Virus record (IMG/VR): IMGVR_UViG_3300033076_001192 | Direction: 5' to 3' (one strand) | Length of the DNA: 64,000 bases | Source: an uncultured virus (IMG/VR IMGVR_UViG_3300033076_001192) | Taxonomy: Duplodnaviria > Heunggongvirae > Uroviricota > Caudoviricetes | In this document: in pieces, positions 10,218 to 20,170 of the stretch | Layout: each line of letters opens with the position of its first letter | How positions within the stretch are numbered: position 1 is the stretch's first letter | The notes under the pieces: model-generated | What the model was told of the DNA's origin: nothing | What the model saw: only the letters and a program-made list of their open reading frames with translations | The model's database searches: none | Made by a program: the position numbers and the translations under genes

Positions 10218-12233
10218 ATGAATTTAGAGAATGTATTAATCGGTGACATAGAAACAAGAGGTTTTCTTGAAGACATGGAAGGTGTCAAAGAGGACTTACA
10301 TGTTTTTGGAGTAGCTTATTTAGATTCAAATAAAAAGTGGCAAATAAAAACTACAAATAGAGAAGAAGATGTAAAAAAAGTTTTTGAAAATCCAAATAAC
10401 ACTATTGTCGGACATAATTTTTTTATGTTTGATTGCCCCGCATTAGAAAAAATATTTAAAGGTATAAACATACAAGCAACTATTATTGACTCCCTTATCT
10501 TGACATGGTATATAGAACCTAACAGAATAAAAGAGGGAGGTAAATACGGTTTAGCTGATTTTGGAGAAGAGTTTGGTGTAAAAAAGCCTGAAATTGAATC
10601 ATGGACAGACCTTTCTTATGAAGAATATCAAAATCGTGTAACTGAAGATTGTAAAATTAATGTAAATGTTTGGGTAAAACATTTAAAAATGTTGAGAGAG
10701 TTATATGATAATGATGATGAAAAAATAAAATCATTGTTAAGATTCTTGATGACCAAAGGTAAAGTTTATAAAATGCATCAAGATAACCCACTTACCTTAG
10801 ATGTAGAACAATGTGAAAAAAACCTTGTTTTATTTGATAAGATGATTGAAGAAAGGGTTGAAAAACTTAAAAATGTAATGCCAAAAATACCTATTGAAGT
10901 TATTAGAAAAAAACCAAAAACACTTTACAAAAAAAATGGAGAACTTTCTAATAGTGGACTAAATTGGAAACGTCTTACAGAAGGTTGTGGTTTAACAATT
11001 GATTACAATGGAGATATAAAAGAACGTATAGGGTTTGAAGAACCAAATCCTCAAAGTGTTTCACAAGTAAAACGATGGCTTTTTGAGTTGGGTTGGAATC
11101 CTGAAATATATACAGAAACTTTAAATACAAAAGGGGAGACAAATAAAGTTCCTCAATTGAAAGATAAAGAAAAAAATCTTTGTAAGTCTATTATTAAACT
11201 TGCTGAACAAGTGCCTGAAATAAAAGAATTAACTGATTTAAGCTTATTACAGCATCGTAGAGGATATTTTGTTGGTTTTTTAAGAGACAGAATAAGAGGA
11301 AATAAAATAGTAGCTGATATTGGGGGATTAACGAATACTCTTCGCATTCGCCATAGAACCCTAGTCAACTTAATAAAACCTTCTGCCCCTTATGGGGAAT
11401 ATGTAAGAAGTTTGATAAAACCTCCTGAAGGTATGGTTATGATTGGTTCAGATATTTCAGCACTTGAAAGTGCAACAAGGAATAATTTTGTATATGATAT
11501 TGATAGAGAATTTGTTGAAGCACAATCTCATCCGTTTTATGACCCTCACTTAGAAATTTGTGAAATTGCAGGAATGATGTCTCCTGCGGAAGTTTACTTT
11601 TATAAGTGGTGGAAAGAAAAAAGAAAAAACCCTAATATTACTTTTGAGGAAATAGGAAACATACCTGAAGATTTTCAATTTATTTTAGACTCCTATAAAA
11701 CAGATGAAGAAAAAACAGAATTTCACGATAAATTAGATAAAAAACGTCATTCAGGGAAAAGTACAAATTACAGCTCCATGTATGGAATTGGTAAAGATAA
11801 ACTTGCAAAAGATTTAGGGATACCTGTGAAAGAGGCTGCAAAACTTATAGAAGCCTATTGGATTAAAAACAAATGTGTAAAAATCTTTTCAGAATCATGT
11901 GAAACAAAAACTGTTAATGGTCAATTATGGGTCAAAAACCCCCTAAATGGATACAAATATTCACTTAGAAGCTCAAAAGATATTTTCTCTACTATAAACC
12001 AAGGAACGGGAGATTATATTTTTACTCTATGGCAACATAATTTAATGAATATGGGTGTGAAATTATATGGAGGTTGGCATGATGAAATTGTAACTTGTTG
12101 TAAACCAGAAGATTGTGATAAAGTGGTTGAAAAGTTAAAAAAAGCTATGGAATTAGTTAATAAACAAATAGGTTTAAAAGTTCCTATTAGTATTGATTAC
12201 AAAATAGGGAAATCATACTCAGAAGTTCACTAG
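10218..12233 (+). CDS. family A DNA polymerase with 3'-5' exonuclease domain (T7-like)
   Basis: DIET and GHNFFMFD exonuclease motifs; motif A DISALE, motif B RHSGKSTNYSSMYG, motif C WHDEI. Confidence 0.92.
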   Translation: MNLENVLIGDIETRGFLEDMEGVKEDLHVFGVAYLDSNKKWQIKTTNREEDVKKVFENPNNTIVGHNFFMFDCPALEKIFKGINIQATIIDSLILTWYIEPNRIKEGGKYGLADFGEEFGVKKPEIESWTDLSYEEYQNRVTEDCKINVNVWVKHLKMLRELYDNDDEKIKSLLRFLMTKGKVYKMHQDNPLTLDVEQCEKNLVLFDKMIEERVEKLKNVMPKIPIEVIRKKPKTLYKKNGELSNSGLNWKRLTEGCGLTIDYNGDIKERIGFEEPNPQSVSQVKRWLFELGWNPEIYTETLNTKGETNKVPQLKDKEKNLCKSIIKLAEQVPEIKELTDLSLLQHRRGYFVGFLRDRIRGNKIVADIGGLTNTLRIRHRTLVNLIKPSAPYGEYVRSLIKPPEGMVMIGSDISALESATRNNFVYDIDREFVEAQSHPFYDPHLEICEIAGMMSPAEVYFYKWWKEKRKNPNITFEEIGNIPEDFQFILDSYKTDEEKTEFHDKLDKKRHSGKSTNYSSMYGIGKDKLAKDLGIPVKEAAKLIEAYWIKNKCVKIFSESCETKTVNGQLWVKNPLNGYKYSLRSSKDIFSTINQGTGDYIFTLWQHNLMNMGVKLYGGWHDEIVTCCKPEDCDKVVEKLKKAMELVNKQIGLKVPISIDYKIGKSYSEVH

Positions 12234-12280
12234 AAATGTTAAAATTTTAACAAACATTTGGATATTTAAAATTAATGTTG

Positions 12281-12288
12281 TATATTTG
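12281..12288 (+). promoter_or_regulatory. Bacteroidota-type -7 promoter (TATATTTG)
   Basis: TAnnTTTG with TTTG about 20 bp upstream. Confidence 0.7.
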
Positions 12289-12294
12289 CACACA

Positions 12295-12383
12295 AGTTTC
12301 GCTTCGACAATTTAGAAACTAAAAGAAATAGCTCGTTTATATGGAGTAGTGAGGTCGAAGCCACTACAGAAGTATATTCGAGC
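12295..12383 (+). ncRNA. candidate structured leader RNA (two hairpins, kissing loops)
   Basis: stems agtttc/gaaact and gctcg-tatat-gtagtg/cactac-gtata-cgagc; loops gcttcgac and gtcgaagc are 8-bp complementary. Confidence 0.6.
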
Positions 12384-12401
12384 ATTTTTATTTATAAAAT
12401 T

Positions 12402-13481
12402 ATGCAAATTGAAATTCATCCTTCTTTAAAAAAGAACATAGATGTAATTAAGTATATTAATTGCAAAAATATAATTGTTAAGACTATATATGGATTATGC
12501 AGAACTAATATTTATAATTTACAAAATGGTGTGTTTCCAAGTATTATCACGGCATTAGATAAAACAAATTATTTCAAAAATAAATTAACAACTTTATTCC
12601 CTGATTATGAAAAAGATTTTAAAATAGTTGGCAATTACAAGAATAGTAGTTCTAAAATATTAGTAAGTGATGGGGAACATTTGTTTAATATAACAGCTAA
12701 ACATCTTATTTCAGGAATTAAGCCCTCAATGCAATCCTCTGTAAATAAAACACAATATGCCTTGTCTATTATTAAAAAAGTTCATGGTGATTTTTATAAT
12801 TATGATAAATTTGAATATAAAGGAGATAAGGGTAAGAGTATTATAATTTGCCCCTTACATGGAGAGTTTACTCAATCTTTTACACATCATTCTTCAGGAA
12901 AAGGGTGTTTTGAATGTGGTAAATTAAAAACTGCAAATTTTTCTCGACATGATTCAGAAGTATTTATAAATAAAGCTATAGAAATTCATAAAGATAAATA
13001 TGATTACTCTTTAGTTGATTATAAAAACTGTAAAACAAAAGTGGATATAATATGTAAGAATCACGGAATATTTTCTCAAATACCTATCTCTCACTTACAA
13101 GGAAACGGTTGTTCTAAATGCTCCGCAGAAGGTTTTAAAGGTGGTTACTCTAAAAATGATTTTATAAAAATAGCTAATGGTAGACCTTGTTTATTATACA
13201 TATTAAAATTAACAAATGGGTCTGAAGAATTTTATAAAATAGGTATTACATCTTTAACCGTTAATGAAAGATTTACAAATAGAAGTAAACTTTTGTACTC
13301 TTATGAAGTAATTTATGAATATACTTGTGATGCAGAATGTGTTTGGGACTTGGAAAAAGAATATCATAGAAAATACAAACATTTACAATATATACCACAA
13401 ATTCATTTTCAAGGCTATACAGAATGTTTTACAACTGATTTACCAATCGAAGAAATCATCTCCTATTTAAAACAATTATAA
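12402..13481 (+). CDS. putative homing endonuclease (CxxHG/CxxC Zn-ribbon repeats plus GIY-YIG-like C-terminal domain)
   Basis: IICPLHGEF...GKGCFEC, IICKNHGIF...GCSKC, LYILK...FYKIGIT...RF, GYTECF. Confidence 0.8.
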   Translation: MQIEIHPSLKKNIDVIKYINCKNIIVKTIYGLCRTNIYNLQNGVFPSIITALDKTNYFKNKLTTLFPDYEKDFKIVGNYKNSSSKILVSDGEHLFNITAKHLISGIKPSMQSSVNKTQYALSIIKKVHGDFYNYDKFEYKGDKGKSIIICPLHGEFTQSFTHHSSGKGCFECGKLKTANFSRHDSEVFINKAIEIHKDKYDYSLVDYKNCKTKVDIICKNHGIFSQIPISHLQGNGCSKCSAEGFKGGYSKNDFIKIANGRPCLLYILKLTNGSEEFYKIGITSLTVNERFTNRSKLLYSYEVIYEYTCDAECVWDLEKEYHRKYKHLQYIPQIHFQGYTECFTTDLPIEEIISYLKQL

Positions 13482-13484
13482 ATT

Positions 13485-13522
13485 AGACAAGAAGATTAAA
13501 TTTTTCTTGTCTTTTTGTTTTT
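13485..13522 (+). terminator. intrinsic terminator followed by TATCTTTG promoter (13530-13537)
   Basis: agacaagaa/ttcttgtct hairpin plus T-tract. Confidence 0.65.
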
Positions 13523-13718
13523 TATTCTGTATCTTTGTTTTCTAATTTTTTAACGGCGAAATTATGAATATAAACAAAAGATTACGTTTGGATTCTATAT
13601 CAATAGAGTTATATGATAATGAAACAGATGAAGATTTCAGAGTTGATGTAAACACTTTAAATGATGAGGTTGTTTTAAATAAAGAAGAAGCGTTACAATT
13701 GTATAATTATTTAAAATT

Positions 13719-14345
13719 ATGTTTAAAATTATGATAGACAATTTAGAAAAAGTGTTACCATTTTTACAATTTGATTCAGAAGATGATTTCTATTATCTTC
13801 AAATCCTTCAAAGAAAAAAGGAGAATCCTGAACTTGGTAGTAATTCAAGAGTTATTAAAAACTACTATATACGTTCACAGCAACATTTGTTAGATAGATA
13901 TGAGGAAATTAAAACTCTATGTAGAGTTTTCAATGCACGAGCTTCAATAAGATTAAATAAACGTTCTTTTGAGAAAGTGGGTTTCAAGGCTTTAGAAAAT
14001 ATTGCAAATACAATGCAGAATAGAGAATATAAACACCTAGTGAAATCTTATGACAGAGCTTGTGGACTTTTAAATAATGAAAAAGTAAAAAGATGGATTG
14101 TAGATATAGACAAGGATGAAGTTATTTGGTTAGAGCAGATTATAAATGCTATTCAACCTTGTGAACCTTCAGGAAATAAAATATTAGCTCAAATTCCAAG
14201 TAAATCAGGAATTCATTTAATTACAAAACCTTTTAATGTGCAACAATTTAAAGATTATTTTACTGATGACTTAAGTGCCTATGGTATGGATTATATTGAT
14301 TTAGAAATTCATAAAGATAATCCAACTAATCTTTATCTTATTTAG
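13719..14345 (+). CDS. hypothetical protein with AEP/primase-like motifs
   Basis: WIVDID and SKSGIHLI resemble AEP motifs I (DxD) and II (SxxGxH). Confidence 0.5.
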   Translation: MFKIMIDNLEKVLPFLQFDSEDDFYYLQILQRKKENPELGSNSRVIKNYYIRSQQHLLDRYEEIKTLCRVFNARASIRLNKRSFEKVGFKALENIANTMQNREYKHLVKSYDRACGLLNNEKVKRWIVDIDKDEVIWLEQIINAIQPCEPSGNKILAQIPSKSGIHLITKPFNVQQFKDYFTDDLSAYGMDYIDLEIHKDNPTNLYLI

Positions 14346-14425
14346 AATTAATATAAATTAAAGGGAATATTTGTTTATTCTCTTTTTTATTTTTATCTTT
14401 GTTGCAGAAAATTAAATTAAAAATT

Positions 14426-15187
14426 ATGGCAGATAACACAGCATTAGCTAAAAGAATGAAAGAAAACTACGAAGCACGTAGTAAACAATTTTTAATGAGA
14501 AGATGTCCTACTATTATAAGGTTAGATGGTAAAGCTTTCCACACTTACACTAGAGGTTTAGATAAACCGTTTGATGAGGGTCTTATGGAGGATATGGCTT
14601 CAACAACAGCTTTTCTATGTGAGAATATTCAAGGAGTTAAATGCGGGTACACTCAATCAGACGAGATTAGTTTACTGTTAACCGATTATGATAAATTAGA
14701 AACTTCTGCGTGGTTTGATTATAATGTGCAGAAAATGACCTCTATTGCTTCTTCTTTAGCTACAGCAAAATTTAATCAGTTGAGAATGAGGCGTGTTTAT
14801 GATGAATCAAAAGGAACAATTACTCCTTATTCTAACCAAACTTTAGCTTTTTTTGATGCGCGAGTTTTTCAAATATCTGATAAAGAAGAGGTTGTAAACT
14901 ACTTTCTGTGGCGACAAAGAGATGCTGAAAAGAATAGTGTTGCTATGTTAGCACAATCTTTATACTCACATAAAGAATTACATAAGAAAAATGGTTCTGA
15001 TATGCAAGAAATGTGTTTTCAAAAAGGACATAATTGGAATGATTTGTCACCACAAAAGAAAAGAGGTAGTTTTATTGTAAAACAAGTTTTTGAAACAGAA
15101 AATAAAGCCACTAGAACTAAATGGGAAATGGTTGAAGACACACCATTTTTTGGGAAAGATAGAGAATCAATATTAAAATTTTTATAG
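14426..15187 (+). CDS. tRNA(His) guanylyltransferase / Thg1-like 3'-5' polymerase
   Basis: RLDGKAFHTYT, YTQSDEISLL, FFDARVF, NYFLWRQRDAEKNS. Confidence 0.93.
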   Translation: MADNTALAKRMKENYEARSKQFLMRRCPTIIRLDGKAFHTYTRGLDKPFDEGLMEDMASTTAFLCENIQGVKCGYTQSDEISLLLTDYDKLETSAWFDYNVQKMTSIASSLATAKFNQLRMRRVYDESKGTITPYSNQTLAFFDARVFQISDKEEVVNYFLWRQRDAEKNSVAMLAQSLYSHKELHKKNGSDMQEMCFQKGHNWNDLSPQKKRGSFIVKQVFETENKATRTKWEMVEDTPFFGKDRESILKFL

Positions 15188-15188
15188 A

Positions 15189-16457
15189 ATGAAATTATCA
15201 ATTCAAGAAAACAGTAAAAACTACACTTGTTCAGTAGTAGAGATTAAAGATTTATTTCCTATTGAAGGAGCAGATGCAATTGTACGAACAGTTGTGAATG
15301 GTAATAATGTGGTTGTACCTAAAACAACAGAAGTTGGTAGTAAAATGCTTTATTTTGTTTCGGGGACTAAACTTTCTGCGGATTATTGTCATAAAAATAA
15401 TTTGTATGATAAAACAGAAGAAAACTATGATAAAGAGAAACGTGGTTTTATCAGCTTTAAGCAGAAGCGCGTGAAAGCTATTAAATTGCGTGGAATTATC
15501 TCTGATGGGATGTTGATGCCTTTATCTTCTTTGTCCTCCTTTTTAGAAAATGGTTCTATTAATTCTTTAAAAGTGGGAGATGAGTTCACTCATATTAATG
15601 GTAATTTGCTTTGTGAGAAATATATTGTATCTGTAAAAGAGTTTAATCAAGGCGGGCAAAAAACACCAAAAGCAAATAAGTTAAAAGACTTACTTTTAAA
15701 TACACAATTTCGTTTTCACCATGAAACAGAACATTTTGTAAAACATCAAGATAAGTTCAAACAAGAGACAGAAATTATTATTACTCGTAAGTTACATGGA
15801 AGTAGCTTAATCCTGGCAAATGTATTACTAAATAAAAAATTATCATTTAAAGATAAAGTTGCTAGATTTTTTGGTGTAGCTGTACCTACAGAAGAATACG
15901 GAATAATTTGGAGCTCAGGTAAACCTAAAGGAAAACTACCTAAAGGTATTGAATCAGAAACAAATAAATGGGAAACACCTAACCCAAGTTATTATACTTC
16001 TGATATTTGGGCACGAGCTTACAAAGAAATTGGTGATAAAGTTGAAAAAGGAATTTCAATTTATGCTGAAATAGTAGGAAAAGGTATTCAAGGGGATTTA
16101 TTTACTTACAACCAAGATTATGGAATTCATGTATACAGAATTACTCAAACATCTGTTGATGGCAGTGTTATTGAATTTTCTTGGGAGCAGGTTAAAAAAT
16201 ATTGTGAAAAATATGGTTTAAACTACGTTCAAGAATATTTTGTTGGTAAAGTAAAAGAAATAGTTGTTTTAAATGAAAGTTTGTTAGGTTATTTGCAACA
16301 AACTTACCTAAATAAGTCATACCCAGATTGTAAAATTGACGAAGGAATTTGTATTAGAGTTAGAGAGACAGATGAAATTTTTAAATTAAAGTCGCCTAAT
16401 TTTATTAAGATGGAGAGTGATAATCAAGAAAATGAGATTGAAGAAACAGAATCATAA
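15189..16457 (+). CDS. RNA ligase (Rnl2/DRB0094-like, with N-terminal OB-type domain)
   Basis: PIEGADAI, VKAIKLRGIISDG, motif I KLHGSS, YAEIVG, EGICIR, FKLKS. Confidence 0.82.
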   Translation: MKLSIQENSKNYTCSVVEIKDLFPIEGADAIVRTVVNGNNVVVPKTTEVGSKMLYFVSGTKLSADYCHKNNLYDKTEENYDKEKRGFISFKQKRVKAIKLRGIISDGMLMPLSSLSSFLENGSINSLKVGDEFTHINGNLLCEKYIVSVKEFNQGGQKTPKANKLKDLLLNTQFRFHHETEHFVKHQDKFKQETEIIITRKLHGSSLILANVLLNKKLSFKDKVARFFGVAVPTEEYGIIWSSGKPKGKLPKGIESETNKWETPNPSYYTSDIWARAYKEIGDKVEKGISIYAEIVGKGIQGDLFTYNQDYGIHVYRITQTSVDGSVIEFSWEQVKKYCEKYGLNYVQEYFVGKVKEIVVLNESLLGYLQQTYLNKSYPDCKIDEGICIRVRETDEIFKLKSPNFIKMESDNQENEIEETES

Positions 16458-16460
16458 GTT

Positions 16461-17132
16461 ATGAACTATAAAATAACAAAAGAACAGCATAAGTACTTAT
16501 GTACGTTACCTTTTAAACAATATTTATTTGGTAGTCAATTGCATGGTATTGCTAATGAAAATAGTGATTACGATTATGTAAGAGTTATTTCTGATGATTT
16601 TTATCTGTCTTTTACTTCTTTGGCGAAATATTTACCTAATATACATTCTTTTCAATATACTGAAGGTAAAGAGGTTCAATATGTGTGGATGACAGAATCT
16701 CAGTTTTGGCGGGGTTTTTTTAGTGGTGACGGTAATATGCTAGCTGATATCGTATTGTTAAGTGGTGAATTTGAAGACCCCTTACATTTAACTTACACTT
16801 ATAAAGTAATAAAAGGGTATATAGGTGTAACAAAAAGAGATTTAAAACTTCATAAGGATTGGGATAAAAAGATTTTTCACTCAACAAGAAGTCTTTATAT
16901 GGCAGAAACTTTAATGAGAAAAGAACTTCCAACTATAAAAGGTATTGTTGACTTATACAATCAAGACAGACTTTCTGTTGAAATACTGACACTAAAAGAA
17001 AAAGAATTAAGGGGAAAATTAAATGATATGCTGAACAAGGGAGAAATTAATTTATACCCTAATTTCAAAGAAGAAAACGAATTAGTTCAAATAATGACAA
17101 ACACAAACAATATAAGAGAGTTTAAATATTAG
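16461..17132 (+). CDS. Pol-beta family nucleotidyltransferase (RlaP-like)
   Basis: YLFGSQLHGIANENSDYD. Confidence 0.75.
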   Translation: MNYKITKEQHKYLCTLPFKQYLFGSQLHGIANENSDYDYVRVISDDFYLSFTSLAKYLPNIHSFQYTEGKEVQYVWMTESQFWRGFFSGDGNMLADIVLLSGEFEDPLHLTYTYKVIKGYIGVTKRDLKLHKDWDKKIFHSTRSLYMAETLMRKELPTIKGIVDLYNQDRLSVEILTLKEKELRGKLNDMLNKGEINLYPNFKEENELVQIMTNTNNIREFKY

Positions 17133-17135
17133 AAA

Positions 17136-18176
17136 ATGATTGATAATATATTATCAAGGGATTGCCCAACCTGCGGTAAAGAATTAAAATACGGTACAAA
17201 ATATAGTAGGTATAATGCTGATAAAGTGAGCACTCTTTGTGTTAAATGTGCTTGTGAAGTAAAACCTATAAGCCACGAGGCTTTTGAAAAGATATTACGA
17301 GAAAGTAATAAACACTTTAGAGAGGGGCTTTTCAAAATAATATCTGAATATAAAGGGCAATCTGTAAAATTAAGAGTGGAAACTAAATATGGTATATGTA
17401 ACACACACTCAAACAATCTATTAAAAGGCTTTATGCCGTCTATCACAACAGCAGAAAACAAGACAGAATATTTTAAAAAAATGCTTTTAGAGGTAAATGA
17501 AGATTATATGCATGGTAAATTTAGTATAGTTGGAGAGTACTTAGGAGGAAGTAAAATATTAGTTCAGGACAAATACTCTCAGCATTTAATATCTCCGCAT
17601 AGTCTATTAAGAGGTAAGAGTTTAACTATTAGAAGTTCTACAAATAAGAATTTATATACTATTTCTAAATTAAATGAAATACATAACTATAAATATACCT
17701 ATCCTGATATTGAGTATAGTAAAAGAGTGACAAATATAAAAATAAATTGCCCTCTTCATGGAGATTTTCAACAGTGCTTACATGACCACTACAGAGGAGA
17801 AGGTTGTAATGGGTGTGGAAGAATAGCCTCAACGGAGTTTATTAAAAAAGCTACAACAGGATGGTCAGTCGAGAGATGGAAAAGTCAAGCAAAGAAAAGT
17901 AAAAACTTTGACTCATTTAAGGTTTATATAATTAGATGTTGGAATGATGATGAAGAATTTTATAAAATTGGTAGAACTTTTTCTACAATTAAGAAGAGAT
18001 TTCCTAATAATCATACAATGCCATATAACTATGAAGTTATAGAAATTATAGTAGGAACACCAATAGAAATATACAGCTTAGAAAAAACACTTAAATTAAA
18101 GAATAAAGAGAATAAATACATACCTTTATTAAATTTTCACGGTAAAAATGAATGTTATGAAAAATACACAAAGTAA
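17136..18176 (+). CDS. putative homing endonuclease (paralog of 12402-13481)
   Basis: CPTC, INCPLHGDF...GCNGC, VYIIR...EEFYKIGRT...RF, HGKNECY. Confidence 0.78.
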   Translation: MIDNILSRDCPTCGKELKYGTKYSRYNADKVSTLCVKCACEVKPISHEAFEKILRESNKHFREGLFKIISEYKGQSVKLRVETKYGICNTHSNNLLKGFMPSITTAENKTEYFKKMLLEVNEDYMHGKFSIVGEYLGGSKILVQDKYSQHLISPHSLLRGKSLTIRSSTNKNLYTISKLNEIHNYKYTYPDIEYSKRVTNIKINCPLHGDFQQCLHDHYRGEGCNGCGRIASTEFIKKATTGWSVERWKSQAKKSKNFDSFKVYIIRCWNDDEEFYKIGRTFSTIKKRFPNNHTMPYNYEVIEIIVGTPIEIYSLEKTLKLKNKENKYIPLLNFHGKNECYEKYTK

Positions 18177-19080
18177 AATATATGCTTTTATAGGGATTTC
18201 CAATAGTGGAAAAAGTACACAAGCTCATTTAGAATGGTTGAAAGACCCTTTAAATACAGTAGTTATCTCAAGAGACAAGGTAAGAAATTTGCTTTGGAAC
18301 TACAATGACGAAGATGTTCATAAATACTATAAAAGAGACGATTTCAACAAATTAGAGAAAGAAATTTCAAAATATTGTGATACTCTTATATATGAAGCAA
18401 TAGAATCAAACAAGAAGATTATTTTAGATAATACTCATTTGGATTTTAAAAGGGATATTAAATCTTTGGAATATTGGAATGTACCTTTAGAACTTGTTTG
18501 GTTCGATATAACACTTAAAGAAGCTCTTACACGTAATATAGGACGTAATAGAAAAGTCGATGAAGAAATTATAACTAAGCAGTACAATAAGTATGTTACT
18601 TTAAGAAATAATTTTTATAATTATTCTTTTTCGCCGAAAATATTTAAACAAGATAGAAATTTACCACCCTGCGTAATCTACGATATTGATGGAACTATTG
18701 CTAAAATGAACGGTAGAAGTCCTTATGATTGGAAAAGGGTGGGCGAAGATTATATGATTCACAATGTTTGTGCAACAATTGACTGGATAGGAGACTTAGA
18801 CCTTAAAAACAGACCAAAAGTAATTATTTGTACAGGTAGAGATGGAGAAGCATTAGAAGATACTGAGCGTTGGTTAATTCAAAATAGTATTTACTATGAT
18901 GAAATATTTATCAGAAGTAAAGGAGATATGAGACCTGATTGGGTTGTTAAAGAAGAAATGTGGGAAACCATTTCAAAGAAAAACTACATTATTGGTATGT
19001 ATGATGACCGTTTACAAGTAGTTAGAAGAGCAAGGGCTTTAGGTCTAAAAGTATTTAATGTTGAATATAATAATTTTTAA
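18148..19080 (+). CDS. polynucleotide 5'-kinase/3'-phosphatase (T4 PseT-like)
   Basis: P-loop GISNSGKST, SRD, ILDNT; HAD domain DIDGT, TGR, YDDR. Confidence 0.9.
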   Translation: MNVMKNTQSKIYAFIGISNSGKSTQAHLEWLKDPLNTVVISRDKVRNLLWNYNDEDVHKYYKRDDFNKLEKEISKYCDTLIYEAIESNKKIILDNTHLDFKRDIKSLEYWNVPLELVWFDITLKEALTRNIGRNRKVDEEIITKQYNKYVTLRNNFYNYSFSPKIFKQDRNLPPCVIYDIDGTIAKMNGRSPYDWKRVGEDYMIHNVCATIDWIGDLDLKNRPKVIICTGRDGEALEDTERWLIQNSIYYDEIFIRSKGDMRPDWVVKEEMWETISKKNYIIGMYDDRLQVVRRARALGLKVFNVEYNNF

Positions 19081-19261
19081 TCATTCTAAATTAATGAGAT
19101 TTATGAAGTTTTATTTGTAAGTCTCATTTTTGTTTTATATCTTTGTTGAAGAATTTTTTGCTGTTCTTTCTTTTATGGCAAGATTTAAAATTTTATAATC
19201 AAAATTTCGGTAGAAAAAATCAAAAAAGAAAAATAAATGACTTTATTAAAAACAATTAAAC

Positions 19262-19932
19262 ATGGAATTAGAAAATAAAATCAGAGAAGCTTTACCAAGG
19301 TTAAAAGAGTTAACCGATGGTGCTATTATTTATAAACCACATTATAATGTGTTTGGTCAAGAATACGTTGAAGATGTTTATGATGAAATAGAATATAGAT
19401 TCGGTAAATTTTTTGAAAATGGTAAGGAATTAGAGCATTTTAAATTAGATAGTAATTGGAATATTAGTCATCCTATTAAACTTAATGATGTTTTAGAATA
19501 TTGGAAAAAGAAATCTAATGCTACATCTGCTACAAGTTTTAAAAATGAATTACATAAAATAGTTATCGACTGGGACTTATCTTCAGTTTTTCTTGCCGAC
19601 CAAAGTGAGGATTTAAAAGAATTTTTAAATAATTTATAATGAGTAAAAGTATAATGCAACAAATACGAGAAAAAGTTCCTATAGAGTACGGAAAATTTTC
19701 TAAAAAAGACTTAGAAGAATTATCTTTGAAATTGGATATAGCTATCGAACAAGATATTAAAAGAAAAAATAAATGGTTAAAAGAAAGAGAAATAAATAGA
19801 AAAGTGTTGCACAATAAAGCTAAAGAACTTGGTAAAGAAATACCTTTTGAAGTTGCTTGGCATTGTTTCTTAGCCCCTTTTCAAACTTATGTTGGTAGTG
19901 GATTTTTAGAATCTTATAAAGAATGGTTATGA
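19262..19932 (+). CDS. two hypothetical genes (19262-19639, 19639-19932)
   Basis: ORFs downstream of a terminator and TATCTTTG (19138-19145). Confidence 0.65.
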
Positions 19933-20170
19933 GTAGAATTATTGGGAATTATAAGGTAGTAAATATTTAAAAGTAGGTTATTATTGCTAAATTAAATTTT
20001 GTTAAAACATGGCAAAACAAATTAGATTTATTATTGTTGATAAAGATGCATGGCTATCAACAGATTACAGAAAAAAAGATATAGATGATTATCTTAAAGA
20101 CAAACAAGTAATTAACGTAGAAACACTAGAGACAATCCTTAGATTTTGGTATTATAAAGAAGATTAGATT

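Noticed and set aside
12233..12402. Group I intron interrupting the DNA polymerase
   Set aside because: The polymerase is complete through motif C and its C-terminus before the stop, and no downstream exon is seen
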